Positions 52,252-61,927 are shown, counted from the first letter of the stretch. The stretch: DNA of 64,000 nt from Dehalococcoidia bacterium (GCA_963663895.2 CAXXRD010000003.1:128001-192000), one strand, 5' to 3'. The notes: generated by a model from the sequence alone, not told the origin. Numbers and translations: made by a program.

Positions 52252-53145
52252 GTGAGCAGACAAACGCAAGCGTACCTCTACGCGGGCTGCGCGGTTCTCC
52301 TGTGGTCGACCGTCGCCTCGGCGTTCAAGGTGTCGCTGCGCTACGTCGAGGCGCCGCACATGCTGCTCTACGCCACGATCGTTTCGACGGCCGTGCTGCT
52401 CGCCGTCGCGGCCTGGCAGGGCAAGCTGGGAGAGGCGCTGGCCTGCTCGCCGAAGCAGTACCTGGGATCGGCGGCGCTCGGGCTCCTCAACCCCTTCCTC
52501 TACTACCTCGTCCTGTTCGAGGCCTACGACCGCCTGCCCGCCCAAGAGGCGCAGCCGCTCAACTACGCCTGGCCCATGATGGTGGTCATCCTCTCGGTGC
52601 CGCTGCTCAAGCAGCCTCTCGGCCGGATCTCCCTGGCCGCGATCGTGGTGAGCTTCTGCGGCGTTCTCGTGATCGGGACGCGCGGCGACCTGCTGGCCTT
52701 CCGCTTCAGCGACCCGATCGGCACGGCCCTGGCGGTCGGCAGCGCCTTCATCTGGGCCACGTTCTGGCTGACCAACCTCCGGGACGACCGCGACGCCGTC
52801 GTCAAGCTGCTGCTGAACTTCAGCTTCGGGCTGGCGTTCGTCGCGGTCGCTGCGGTGGCGCTGGCCGGTCCGCCTCCCCTGGACCTGCGCAGCATCGGGG
52901 GATCGGCCTACGCGGGCGTCTTCGAGATGGGCCTGACCTTCGTGCTCTGGATGCGGGCGCTGTCGCTCTCGCGGACGACGGCGCAGGTCAGCAACCTCGT
53001 CTACCTCTCGCCCTTCCTCTCCCTCGTCTTCATCAGCGTCATCGTGGGCGAGACGATCCGGCCCTCGTCGGTGGTCGGGCTGTTGCTCATCGTGGGGGGC
53101 ATCGTCATCCGCCGCTTCGAGCGGACGCCGTCCCGGCCGGCCTGA
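52252..53145 (+). CDS. DMT/EamA transporter
   Basis: About ten TM segments; GLLNPFLYY..LF.AY..LPAQEAQPLNY.WP. Confidence 0.9.
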   Translation: MSRQTQAYLYAGCAVLLWSTVASAFKVSLRYVEAPHMLLYATIVSTAVLLAVAAWQGKLGEALACSPKQYLGSAALGLLNPFLYYLVLFEAYDRLPAQEAQPLNYAWPMMVVILSVPLLKQPLGRISLAAIVVSFCGVLVIGTRGDLLAFRFSDPIGTALAVGSAFIWATFWLTNLRDDRDAVVKLLLNFSFGLAFVAVAAVALAGPPPLDLRSIGGSAYAGVFEMGLTFVLWMRALSLSRTTAQVSNLVYLSPFLSLVFISVIVGETIRPSSVVGLLLIVGGIVIRRFERTPSRPA

Positions 53146-53179
53146 TCAGCCCCGGGCGGCTTCGCCGAGAGCGCCCCGG

Positions 53180-53623
53180 CTAGCCTTGCTCCAGGGCGGC
53201 CAGGCGCTGCATGAGCTCGTCCGCGCCGACATCCTCGACGTGGCTGGCGATGGACCAGTGGTTGCCGAAGGGATCGGCGACGCGGGCGCAGCGATCGCCG
53301 TAGAACTGGTCGGCGGGCTCGGCCAGGGAGGTCGCGCCCGCCTCCACGGCGCGGGCATAGGCGCTATCGACATCCTCGACGTAGAGATGGATCTGCGTCT
53401 TGGTGGGCGGGAAATCGGGCGGCGCGGCGTCGGAGAGCATGACGGCGGCGCCCCCGATCTCGACCTCGGCGTGGCCGATGCCGCCCTGGGGCATGGGGAT
53501 GCGCAGGCGCTCGACGGCGCCGAAGGCGTTCGCGAGGAAGTCGAGGAATTCGGCGGCGTCCTCGACGACGAGGTAGGGGGTGATGGCGGTGTAGCCGTCG
53601 GGGACGGGCTTGACGTCGGACAT
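53180..53623 (-). CDS. VOC family (PhnB/glyoxalase-like) protein
   Basis: TPYLVV, HAEVEIG, LYVEDVD, DQFYGDR, DPFGNHW; AAGGAAGG RBS. Confidence 0.92.
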   Translation of the reverse strand: MSDVKPVPDGYTAITPYLVVEDAAEFLDFLANAFGAVERLRIPMPQGGIGHAEVEIGGAAVMLSDAAPPDFPPTKTQIHLYVEDVDSAYARAVEAGATSLAEPADQFYGDRCARVADPFGNHWSIASHVEDVGADELMQRLAALEQG

Positions 53624-53646
53624 GGGCCTTCCTTTGGACTGTTGGC

Positions 53647-53731
53647 TGGTGGGGAAGAGGAGACTCGAACTCCTACGCCTTGCGGCACACGATCCTAAAT
53701 CGTGCTCGTCTGCCAGTTCCGACACTTCCCC
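53647..53731 (-). tRNA. tRNA-Leu(TAG)
   Basis: GGGGAAG/CTTCCCC acceptor, CACGA-TTTAGGA-TCGTG anticodon arm, long variable arm, encoded CCA. Confidence 0.97.
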
Positions 53732-54129
53732 ATCCCGCGTGGACGCGAAACGACAACCGGCTGACTAAGCGTATTCCCTCCCTCGCCCTGGGAGCCCGAG
53801 CGCAGGAGGGATTTTACGTAAAGTAGCGCCGGTGGCCTTCCGTATCCAGGGCTTTCCGCGTCGGCAAAACAGGCCAACTGATTCGGGGTCGGCAAGCGCC
53901 GTCCGCAATTCGAAGGGCGTGGCATGGACGGGGACTAATGGACCGCCGCACGGCCTCGCGGCAGCTAGGCTGCGGTCCACGGGCAGGTAAGTAAAACCGC
54001 GAGGCGCGCACGTGAGAGTCACACTAGAGGAGGCCGAATGCGATGTCGTGAACACCCAATTCGGCTATGCGAACATTCACCTTGATGTATCCTTGGGTTT
54101 AGGCACTTCAACCCAAAGAAGGTATCGCA

Positions 54130-54822
54130 ATGGCCAGTACTGCGGCTCCTACGATCAATGGTTCGGTCTGGTGGACACTGCGGAGTAGATTTCAGCAATC
54201 CTTGCCCTCTGCAGTCACCCTCAATTACCTGGGCACCGTTCTTTCCGCGAAGGAAAATACCGCGAGGGGTGTCCTCGCCAACCTCAAGCTCCTCGGGCTC
54301 GTTAGCGAAGACGGCAAGCCTACGGAACTGGCGAACCTCTGGCGCGATGACGAACAATACGCCGCAGCCTGTGCTGAGATCGCTCGCCACGCGTACCCAG
54401 ATGAACTCTTATCGGCAGTACCGGGGCCTAATCCGGATGCCCGCGCTGCGACCCAGTGGTTTCAACTCAGTCGTCGCCTCGGATCGGGGGCGGCTCGCAA
54501 CGCTGCCAGGACATACGTGCTTGTCGTCTCAGGGAAGTTAGATCCAGACAAGGAAGCGAGTGCTGCAAAGAAGAAGTCCGCTGATGGCACGAACCGTCAA
54601 GCATCCTCCAAAACTAAGGGTGTGACAGAAAGCGGACACAAACGGTCTCAAGGTACGTCGACGCGAAACGGAAAAAGTAAGGCCACTGAGATCGGGTTCG
54701 AAATGCCTCGACCGCAGATCGCTGTGCAGGTAAACATTGCGCCCAACATGACTCCTGAGCAGATCGACCAAATCTTCTCAAGCATGGCGAAGTACTTCTA
54801 CAACGAAGCGGGCGTTGAGTAA
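54130..54822 (+). CDS. DUF5343-like protein
   Basis: LANLKLLGLVSEDGKPTE, AYPDEL, low-complexity linker, C-terminal QIAVQVNI...IDQIFSSMAKYFY; more AT-rich than flanks. Confidence 0.7.
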   Translation: MASTAAPTINGSVWWTLRSRFQQSLPSAVTLNYLGTVLSAKENTARGVLANLKLLGLVSEDGKPTELANLWRDDEQYAAACAEIARHAYPDELLSAVPGPNPDARAATQWFQLSRRLGSGAARNAARTYVLVVSGKLDPDKEASAAKKKSADGTNRQASSKTKGVTESGHKRSQGTSTRNGKSKATEIGFEMPRPQIAVQVNIAPNMTPEQIDQIFSSMAKYFYNEAGVE

Positions 54823-54825
54823 GTC

Positions 54826-55314
54826 GTGGATCTTGTGGCTCTGCTCAAGAGTGCCCGGGCACTTGAGCTCGCCGCTACGACCAATGGCGCACGCCGAGCA
54901 CCCGCTTTTGAGCCACTCAACCTTTTCGACGTGTTAGTAACCCACGGTGGGCTGTCCACAGCCTCACGCCAACTCTTCGCCGACGGTCACTACGCCCGTG
55001 CGGTTGAGCAGGGATTTAAAGCGGTAAACAGCGTCGTAAAGAAGCGTACCGGGTTTGCGAACGAGGGGCGGCCGCTGATGGAGCGGGCATTCTCGGAGAA
55101 GAACCCAAAACTCGCAGTGAACGAGTTGAAGGACCGCACCGATACCGACGAACAGGTTGGCACCATGATGCTGTTCGCGGGCGCGATGGCAGCAGTGCGC
55201 AACGTCCGGACACATGACCTCGATCGTGACGACGATGCACAGGTTGCATTGGAGTTGCTTGCCTTTGCGAACTATCTGATGCGAGTAGCTGAGGGAACAA
55301 CAGTCAGAAAGTAA
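54826..55314 (+). CDS. TIGR02391/Ymh family HEPN-like protein
   Basis: F.DGHYARAV..GFK.V...VK, LM..AFS, DEQ.G.M.LFAGAM.AVRNVRTH (RxxxxH). Confidence 0.85.
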   Translation: MDLVALLKSARALELAATTNGARRAPAFEPLNLFDVLVTHGGLSTASRQLFADGHYARAVEQGFKAVNSVVKKRTGFANEGRPLMERAFSEKNPKLAVNELKDRTDTDEQVGTMMLFAGAMAAVRNVRTHDLDRDDDAQVALELLAFANYLMRVAEGTTVRK

Positions 55315-55315
55315 C

Positions 55316-55621
55316 TAGAGTCGGCCCCGGTTCCCAGGCTATGGACGCGAGCTAGCAGCTGAGGATTACGATGCCGATCGGCATCAGTTGGCGACAGCAA
55401 CACCGCTCCACGGGAAGGCCGACGAGGCGGCTATTCGGCCCGCCTGGTGAGGTTGCGGTCGATCTGGTATCGCGCCCTCGATCGTCCGGTGCGGGTTGGC
55501 CTCGACGAACAGCGCAGTCGGGGCCGTTCTCGCAGGAGCCCGCGCGTCTCGCGGCAGGCGAGGCAACCACTGCGATGATCGCACCGGGCGGGGAAGTCGT
55601 CCTTGTGGTGGCAGCCCCCAC
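55316..55621 (+). repeat. Direct repeat copy A
   Basis: Core 55437-55510 matches 57524-57599 with 5 mismatches and a 2-nt gap; weaker similarity extends both ways. Confidence 0.85.
55431..55621 (-). pseudogene. Frameshifted copy of the small Myb/SANT-like gene
   Basis: AATTRTTSPPGA, GLL, FVEANPHRTIEGA, RYQIDRNLTRRAE spread over three frames. Confidence 0.7.
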
Positions 55622-55668
55622 GGCGGACCGCTAGCCTGACCAGAGGCTTCCCGCCCGAGGCAGGCAAA

Positions 55669-56646
55669 GTGGCGACGCAAACCGCTGGCGAACGAACCGA
55701 TGCCTTCCTGCACGCACTTCCAGACGAGCTTCGCACTGGTGACCTCGATCAGAGCGCGATCCCCCGGATAGCTCGTGACAAAGCCCTCCTCGCATCCATT
55801 GAGGAAGCCGTTCGCTCTATCCCTACGCAGCACGAGTTAGTGTTGGGCGACTCCCGCGATCTGTCGGCCATCGCCTCGGAAAGCGTTCATCTCGTTGTCA
55901 CCTCTCCCCCGTACTGGACGCTCAAGCAGTACGCGCCCTCGGAGAGCCAGCTCGGGTCTATCGAAGACTTCGATGAGTTCCTCGCGGCGCTCGACCAAGT
56001 TTGGCGAGAGTGCTTTCGCGTTCTGGTGCCGGGCGGCCGGGTGATCTGCGTGGTCGGAGACGTACTTCTCTCACGCCGGCAGAACAATGGGCGGCACACG
56101 GTCGTACCGCTCCATGCGGCGATCCAGCTGCACTGCCGTGAGATCGGCTACGACAACCTGGCGCCCATCATCTGGCAGAAGATCGGCAACGCGGATTACG
56201 AGGCCGGCGGCGGCGGCTTCTTGGGCAAACCCTATGAACCGAACGCGATCATCAAGAACGATGTCGAATACATCTTGTTTCAGCGGAAGCCCGGCGGGTA
56301 CCGAAGCCCGACTACCGAGATGCGGATCCTGTCGGTCATCTCTGCCTGGAACCACCAGCGTTGGTTTCGCCAAGTCTGGAGCGATATCGCCGGAGCCTCG
56401 ACGCGCTCGCACCCTGCGCCGTACCCGGAGGAGCTTGCCGAGCGCCTGGTCCGGATGTACAGCTTCGTGGGCGATCTCGTGCTTGATCCATTCTTGGGGA
56501 CGGGTACGACGTCAGTGGCCGCGGCCCGGTGGGGACGGAACAGCATTGGAGTCGAGATCGATCCCGGGTACATGGAACTGGCCGAAACCCGGCTTCGCCG
56601 GGAAGCGGCGGACCTGTGGCGCCAGTTGACCATCACGAGTCGGTAG
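55669..56646 (+). CDS. Site-specific DNA methyltransferase, beta class (N4-C/N6-A)
   Basis: VTSPPY motif IV before DPFLGTGTT motif I; HPAPYP. Confidence 0.93.
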   Translation: MATQTAGERTDAFLHALPDELRTGDLDQSAIPRIARDKALLASIEEAVRSIPTQHELVLGDSRDLSAIASESVHLVVTSPPYWTLKQYAPSESQLGSIEDFDEFLAALDQVWRECFRVLVPGGRVICVVGDVLLSRRQNNGRHTVVPLHAAIQLHCREIGYDNLAPIIWQKIGNADYEAGGGGFLGKPYEPNAIIKNDVEYILFQRKPGGYRSPTTEMRILSVISAWNHQRWFRQVWSDIAGASTRSHPAPYPEELAERLVRMYSFVGDLVLDPFLGTGTTSVAAARWGRNSIGVEIDPGYMELAETRLRREAADLWRQLTITSR

Positions 56647-56662
56647 ACGTTTGGAGCGCGGC

Positions 56663-57379
56663 GTGACCGCAACCTCTCCGATATTCCGGAATGCGGTAGC
56701 GCACTTCTGGGAGCGCAGGGGGCGGGCTACCGCCGCCGAGGACGTGGCTTATGCCGGGAGGCGCGCTGAGGTTGTCGGCGGCAAGCAACTCGACGGCTTC
56801 CTTTTCACGCTCCGCGAGCAACTTGTCGCCGGCGGCGTCTCCGAGAGCCACATCTACATGCGGCGCTCGCTGACGCACCTACCAGGGTTCTTCCGCGCGA
56901 CGAAGATGTGGGACCTGATCGTCACGACGGACAGCGAACTCTGCGCCGTCGTCGAACTCAAGGCTCACATCGGCCCGTCGTTCGGCAACAACACGAACAA
57001 TCGGGCAGAGGAGGCCATCGGCAACGCCACCGATTTGTGGCAGGCCTACCGTGAGGGAGCGTTTGCCGACTCCCCCGAGCCGTGGCTCGGATACCTCCTT
57101 CTCCTCGAGGACTGCGCCGAGGTCAGGAGCGATGTCGCCGTCAAGGAGCCTCACTTCGATGTCTTCCCGGAATTCAAGAACGCCTCCTACCAGCGGCGAT
57201 ACGAGATTTTGCTCCGTAAGCTCGTGCGAGAGCGTCTGTACTCGGGCGCCTGCCTGCTGTTGTCCGACTCAGACGACGCTGGAAAGCCAGCGAACTACCG
57301 CGAGCCCGCAACAGATTTGGGTGCCGACCGGTTCATTGGTGGACTTCTGCGTCGCTGCACGCCAGCGAAGGGCAGCTGA
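56663..57379 (+). CDS. XhoI/PaeR7I family type II restriction endonuclease
   Basis: LPGFFRATKMWDL, ELK...GPSFGNN.NNRAEEAIG.A.D. Confidence 0.9.
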   Translation: MTATSPIFRNAVAHFWERRGRATAAEDVAYAGRRAEVVGGKQLDGFLFTLREQLVAGGVSESHIYMRRSLTHLPGFFRATKMWDLIVTTDSELCAVVELKAHIGPSFGNNTNNRAEEAIGNATDLWQAYREGAFADSPEPWLGYLLLLEDCAEVRSDVAVKEPHFDVFPEFKNASYQRRYEILLRKLVRERLYSGACLLLSDSDDAGKPANYREPATDLGADRFIGGLLRRCTPAKGS

Positions 57380-57393
57380 TCTTGGGTTCCGGT

Positions 57394-57721
57394 TAGAGCC
57401 GGGCAGACTCGTGGATCATCCTATGGCCCGAGTTAAGAGCCGATGATTACGACGTGGCGCTGAGACCAGCAGCCACTGGCTCCAGCAGCATCGCTCCACG
57501 AGAGGCCGCCAAGGTAACGACTAGGCCCGCTTGGTGAGGTTGCGGTCGATCTGGTAGCGCGCGCCCTCGATCGTCCGGTGCGGGTGCGCCTCAACGAACT
57601 TCGCGGCAGCGTCGCGCCGCCCGTGCTCGTCGAGGAGCCCCTGTAGCTCCTCGCGCTCCGCGTCGGTCCAGCGAGAGCCGAACGTGGCGCCGGGCTCCTG
57701 GGTGCGTCTGGTGGCGGCCAA
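57394..57721 (+). repeat. Direct repeat copy B
   Basis: Homologous to 55316-55621. Confidence 0.85.
57521..57721 (-). CDS. 66-aa Myb/SANT-like helix-turn-helix protein
   Basis: RWTDAEREEL..LL.EHG...HPHRT; peptide conserved in copy A. Confidence 0.65.
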   Translation of the reverse strand: MAATRRTQEPGATFGSRWTDAEREELQGLLDEHGRRDAAAKFVEAHPHRTIEGARYQIDRNLTKRA

Positions 57722-58026
57722 CCACTTTGGGGTGGCACGGCTTTTACGAGCGCACTGGTCTGTCGCCTGCGTGTCGGAGCGTGCCCCTGCCGCGCCAGGT
57801 CGACGATCCCCGAGGATCCGACTGCCACGTCCTTACTGGTCCCATCGGCTCGGCAGCCGCATACTGAACAGCACAGGCGACGTAGCGTCCGTAGGCGAGC
57901 GCTGATCGACCGTTCCCAGCGCGCCCGCCACCGACCCGACCCGAGGCTGCGCAGCGCGATCGCCCTCGTGGACCGGTTGGAGCCGGTCGGGGTGTAGCGC
58001 GCCCGCTCCGCCTGGAAAGGACCCTT

Positions 58027-59460
58027 TTGGACTTCTCGACATTCGAACTGCACCCCCGTATCGAAGCGGGAGTGCGCGCCCAAGGCTACGACACGCCTAC
58101 CCCCATTCAAGCCGAAGCGATTCCCCCGGCGCTGGAAGGCGCGGACATCTTGGGCCTGGCCCAGACAGGAACGGGTAAGACCGCCGCCTTCGCACTCCCG
58201 ATCCTGGATTACCTCATAGACGGGCCGCGCACGCGGGTGCGCGCCTTGGTGATCGCGCCCACGCGTGAGCTGACCCACCAGATCCACACTGCCTTCAGCG
58301 CGCTGGGCGCGGAGACGGGCCTGCGGAGCGTCCCGATCTACGGCGGGGTCAACATCGACCCGCAGATCCGGCGGTTGCAGGGCGGCGCGGAGATCGTGGT
58401 TGCTTGCCCCGGCCGGCTGCTCGATCACATGCAGCAGGGCACGGCGGAGCTTGCGGATGTCGAAGTGCTCGTCCTCGACGAGGCGGATCGCCTGTTCGAT
58501 ATGGGCTTTTTGCCGGACATCCGCCGCATCATCAGACGCCTACCCGAAGACCGGCAGACGCTCTTGTTCTCCGCCACGATGCCGCCGGACATCCGCACGC
58601 TGGCGACGGAGATCCTGTCCGACCCGGTGACGGTCGAGGTCGATCGCGCCAGGCCGGCGGAGACGGTCGCGCACGCGATCTACCCGGTGACGGAGGGGGA
58701 GAAGGGCGAAGCACTCGTGCAGCTCCTCTATCGCTTCGAGACCGAGTCAGTGCTGGTGTTCACGCGCACCAAGCGGCGGGCGAAGCGCGTGGCGGCGGGG
58801 CTGGTTTCCGCTGGCTTCGACGCCACTTGCCTGCAGGGAAACCTGTCGCAGCATCGCCGCCAGGAGGCGCTCGACGGCTTTCGGAGCGGCAAGTATCCGA
58901 TCCTGGTCGCGACGGACATCGCGGCGCGGGGGATCGACGTCTCGTCGATCTCGCATGTCATCAACTACGACATGCCCGATACGGTCGACGCCTACACCCA
59001 CCGCATCGGCCGCACGGGCCGCGCAGCGCGAACCGGGGACGCCTTCACCTTGGTCACTCCCGACGACGCCAGCGCGGTCCGCGCGATCGAGCGGATGATG
59101 GGCTGCCACTTGGAGCGGCGCCCACTGGACGCGTCGCGATCGTCACCAGCGAACGACCGCGCGGCCGTGGAGCCGGCTCCGCGCCGGGCTCCCCGGTCGA
59201 GGCCCGCGCCCCGCAGAGAAGAGAACGGTGCTCCGGCGCCACGCCGTCGCCGTCGCCGTCGCCGCGGCGGGCAGAGTAAAGGGAACGGTCGCGCCGTCGG
59301 GGTCGCGAACTCGGCCGCATTCGCAGCGGTGGAATCACGCGGGCGGCGACGTGGGACGCCGACACCTCGGGTTACCGGGATACCAGCCGCGACCCATCGG
59401 CGGGGCGGTCGATCGCAAGGACGGCCGCGTGCCGGTGGCCACGCCCAGAGGGAGCGCTAG
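58027..59460 (+). CDS. DEAD-box RNA helicase (RhlE/CshA-like)
   Basis: PTPIQ, AQTGTGKT, PTREL, DEAD, SAT, ARGID, HRIGRTGR; basic tail. Confidence 0.96.
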   Translation: MDFSTFELHPRIEAGVRAQGYDTPTPIQAEAIPPALEGADILGLAQTGTGKTAAFALPILDYLIDGPRTRVRALVIAPTRELTHQIHTAFSALGAETGLRSVPIYGGVNIDPQIRRLQGGAEIVVACPGRLLDHMQQGTAELADVEVLVLDEADRLFDMGFLPDIRRIIRRLPEDRQTLLFSATMPPDIRTLATEILSDPVTVEVDRARPAETVAHAIYPVTEGEKGEALVQLLYRFETESVLVFTRTKRRAKRVAAGLVSAGFDATCLQGNLSQHRRQEALDGFRSGKYPILVATDIAARGIDVSSISHVINYDMPDTVDAYTHRIGRTGRAARTGDAFTLVTPDDASAVRAIERMMGCHLERRPLDASRSSPANDRAAVEPAPRRAPRSRPAPRREENGAPAPRRRRRRRRGGQSKGNGRAVGVANSAAFAAVESRGRRRGTPTPRVTGIPAATHRRGGRSQGRPRAGGHAQRER

Positions 59461-59663
59461 CGCGCCGCCTTCCTGCCCTGTGTGGTTGCTGCCTCTCCGT
59501 GATCACGGCTTCAGCTGCGTTTCGGTTCGACCTTTCCGCTGCTCCTCCTTCTGCTCGTCGGCGGGCGCTGTGAGAGAAACTTTGGCTTCCACGGCTCGGA
59601 TAGAAAATACCTAGCCGCTTCCGGTCTGCGGCAGACTGTAGCCACCTTCGTCGTGGCGTTCTA

Positions 59664-59922
59664 CTACTGCGCTGCGCCGTCCCGAACCCCGACCACCCTT
59701 TGCATGCGAATGATCTCTTCCTCGGTCATGCACTGGAGCATCAGCAACCCGTTCCGGCCGATCTCGCCGAACTCCTCCGGCGCCAGCATCGCCAGATCGA
59801 GCGTCGTGGAGACCTCGACGAAGTGCACGTGCTCTCGGGCGAAGTCCGGGAGGCAGGAGACCGTGTCGTCGCTAGCCAGAGTGCCGACGGTCCATCCCGG
59901 TAAGGCCGTGCATGCTCGTCAT
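59664..59922 (-). CDS. Possible small protein (needs one frameshift)
   Basis: GGAGG-ATG 59922; shifted frame PGWTVGTLASDD...EEEIIRMQRVVG with host-like codons, ends TAG TAG. Confidence 0.35.
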
Positions 59923-60146
59923 TCCAAACCTCCCGATTATCGGTGGCTGCCGGAGAGCGCTGCCGGCCGGCATTGGGCTCTCTGGCGGATACCATAGTGC
60001 TGACTTCACTGCCACACCCGGCGACGGTGGCGAACGAGCCGGCCGTCCTCGCAGAGGTTGCTGAACAATGCGGTCCTGAGCGGCGTCAGCGGCTCCGCTG
60101 CGGCTGCGATCATCATCTCCGAGCCCGTCTTTGCGGCGCCTCGTCG

Positions 60147-60821
60147 CTATCCCTTGCTCGGAAGCTGCGGCTTCAGCCAGTCGAGGAAGGCGTCCTCGCT
60201 CCGAGTCTGCATGTAGAAGCGTCCCGGCCCCGTCAGCTTCGCCACCAGCCCTTCCCCTCCGAACAACGTCGACTTCCACCCGCCCGACTTCCCCACGCTG
60301 TACTGCACCGTCTCGTCGAACGCCACCATGTGCCCCGTGTCCACCGTGTACCGCTCTCCCTCCCCCAGCTCCACCAGCCGAATCCCGCCGAAGCTCGACA
60401 GGAAGATCGTCCCGTATCCGGTCGCCCTCAAGAGGAAAAATCCCTCCCGCGAGAAGAACATCTTGCCCCCGCCCCACTTCGTGTCGATCTCCACCTCCGG
60501 GCTTGCCGCCAGGAACGACCCCGACTGGATCAGCAGAGGCGCGCCGGTCAGCTCCAACGCGATCACATCTCCCGGCAGCGCCGGCGCCACCGTCACCTCT
60601 CCAGCCATCTCCGTCGCCATGAACTCATTGACGAAGAAGCTCTCCCCGCCCAGGGCCTTGCGCTTCAAGCCGGACATGATCCCGCCCCGCGCCTCCGTCT
60701 TCATCGACACCGAATCCGACATGCTCACCATCGCCCCGGACTCCGCCTGGATGCTCTCCCCGGCGGCCAGGGAGATCACCCCCAGCGCGTAGGAGGGCGT
60801 GTGCGTGATCTCGTACTTCAT
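60147..60821 (-). CDS. TIGR00266/AIM24 family protein
   Basis: AESGAMVSM, GGESFFVN, VDTGHMVAF, GEGLV...GPG..YMQTR. Confidence 0.92.
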   Translation of the reverse strand: MKYEITHTPSYALGVISLAAGESIQAESGAMVSMSDSVSMKTEARGGIMSGLKRKALGGESFFVNEFMATEMAGEVTVAPALPGDVIALELTGAPLLIQSGSFLAASPEVEIDTKWGGGKMFFSREGFFLLRATGYGTIFLSSFGGIRLVELGEGERYTVDTGHMVAFDETVQYSVGKSGGWKSTLFGGEGLVAKLTGPGRFYMQTRSEDAFLDWLKPQLPSKG

Positions 60822-60926
60822 CTCGGCTCCATCACTCGTGGACGGCGTCTTGGCCGAGGACCCTACGTCCGGCCACCGCGCGGGTCAATGATACCTACTC
60901 AAGACAAAACAGCTTCGATCTGCGCG

Positions 60927-61262
60927 ATGAACGACCGCCACGCTTCCCTTGGGCGCAACCTCCAGGCGCTCGCAACGGAGTGGGCGCAGAAGCTTGTCGA
61001 GGAGGGCCAGCCCATGACCCCCAGCGACGTGGTGCGCTGGGCGGAGGCGGGCGTGCGCATCGAGCGGCTGGCCCTGGGTCAGGCCACGAGCCGGACCGAG
61101 GTCAACTACAACCGGATCGCCGCCCCCATCCTGGCCCTGTTCCAGCAGATCGTACAGCCCGCCCTCCCGGAGCCGGTCCGCGCCCAGGTGGTGCGGGACT
61201 TCGCGGACGGCGTGAACGAGATCCGAGACAACGTCAGCGGAGACGAAGGGAAACGCACATGA
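60927..61262 (+). CDS. Phage-like protein fragment (resembles small-terminase-like C-terminal region)
   Basis: MNDRHA...ERLALGQATSRTEV; probably 5' truncated; ATGA-coupled to next ORF. Confidence 0.45.
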   Translation: MNDRHASLGRNLQALATEWAQKLVEEGQPMTPSDVVRWAEAGVRIERLALGQATSRTEVNYNRIAAPILALFQQIVQPALPEPVRAQVVRDFADGVNEIRDNVSGDEGKRT

Positions 61263-61522
61263 CGACGCGAAAGCAGGACGTGACGACCGAACCCACGGCG
61301 ATCACCGGGCTCACCGACGACACGCGCTACCTCGTCGTGGTGAAGGGGCCACGCCGCGTATTCGTCGCATCGGCAGCCAGCGCCCCCGAGAAGGACACCC
61401 CCGCCTTCACGATCGGAGCGACCGGGCGGATCGTGGTGCAGCCCACGAGCGGCGTCGACGTGTACGTGTGGGCGGCGGAGGCCGGAGGTGCGGTCGTCTT
61501 CGACGAGGCGCTCCAGAACTAG
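61259..61522 (+). CDS. Small beta-rich hypothetical protein, phage-like
   Basis: MTTRKQDVTTEPTAITGL...YVWA; RBS and ATGA overlap. Confidence 0.6.
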   Translation: MTTRKQDVTTEPTAITGLTDDTRYLVVVKGPRRVFVASAASAPEKDTPAFTIGATGRIVVQPTSGVDVYVWAAEAGGAVVFDEALQN

Positions 61523-61555
61523 TGCTCGTCGCTCCAGGAAAGTCCCGCAGGTGGC

Positions 61556-61927
61556 CTACGCAGAGATTTGGGCCAGTTGTGCTTTGATCTCTGGGGGAAA
61601 TGCCCACGGCTTGACCTGCGAGCGTAGATTGCGCACTTCCTCCGCGGAGAACGGACCGTCGTCGTCGGTCCACTCTGCGAAGCAATTCCTCCGTATGTTG
61701 ACTCTCGACTGCAACGCTTCTTCCATTTTCTCCGCCTCTGTCTCGGTGAGTGCGAGGTACAGCATGCACAGAGCTTGGACTTCACAGTCTCTAGCCGTGA
61801 TCGATTCTCCCACGGGACTTTCGGCGTCGACGTTGTTCACATACTCGCTGATGTCGAACGGCGGTACGCCGTCCCAAAAGGTTTCAGAAAGCATCGTTTC
61901 CTCTCGTGGGCTGCTGCTGGTCGGCAT
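61556..61927 (-). CDS. Acidic hypothetical cargo protein
   Basis: AT-richer ORF; GAGG before internal ATG (MLSETFW). Confidence 0.45.
   Translation of the reverse strand: MPTSSSPREETMLSETFWDGVPPFDISEYVNNVDAESPVGESITARDCEVQALCMLYLALTETEAEKMEEALQSRVNIRRNCFAEWTDDDGPFSAEEVRNLRSQVKPWAFPPEIKAQLAQISA

Noticed and set aside
55312-55356. Integron attC site after the HEPN gene (TAAC...GCTAG; GTTAAGA in copy B)
   Set aside because: Too short, weak pairing, no matching R'' in copy B, and the nearby integrase lacks IntI features.
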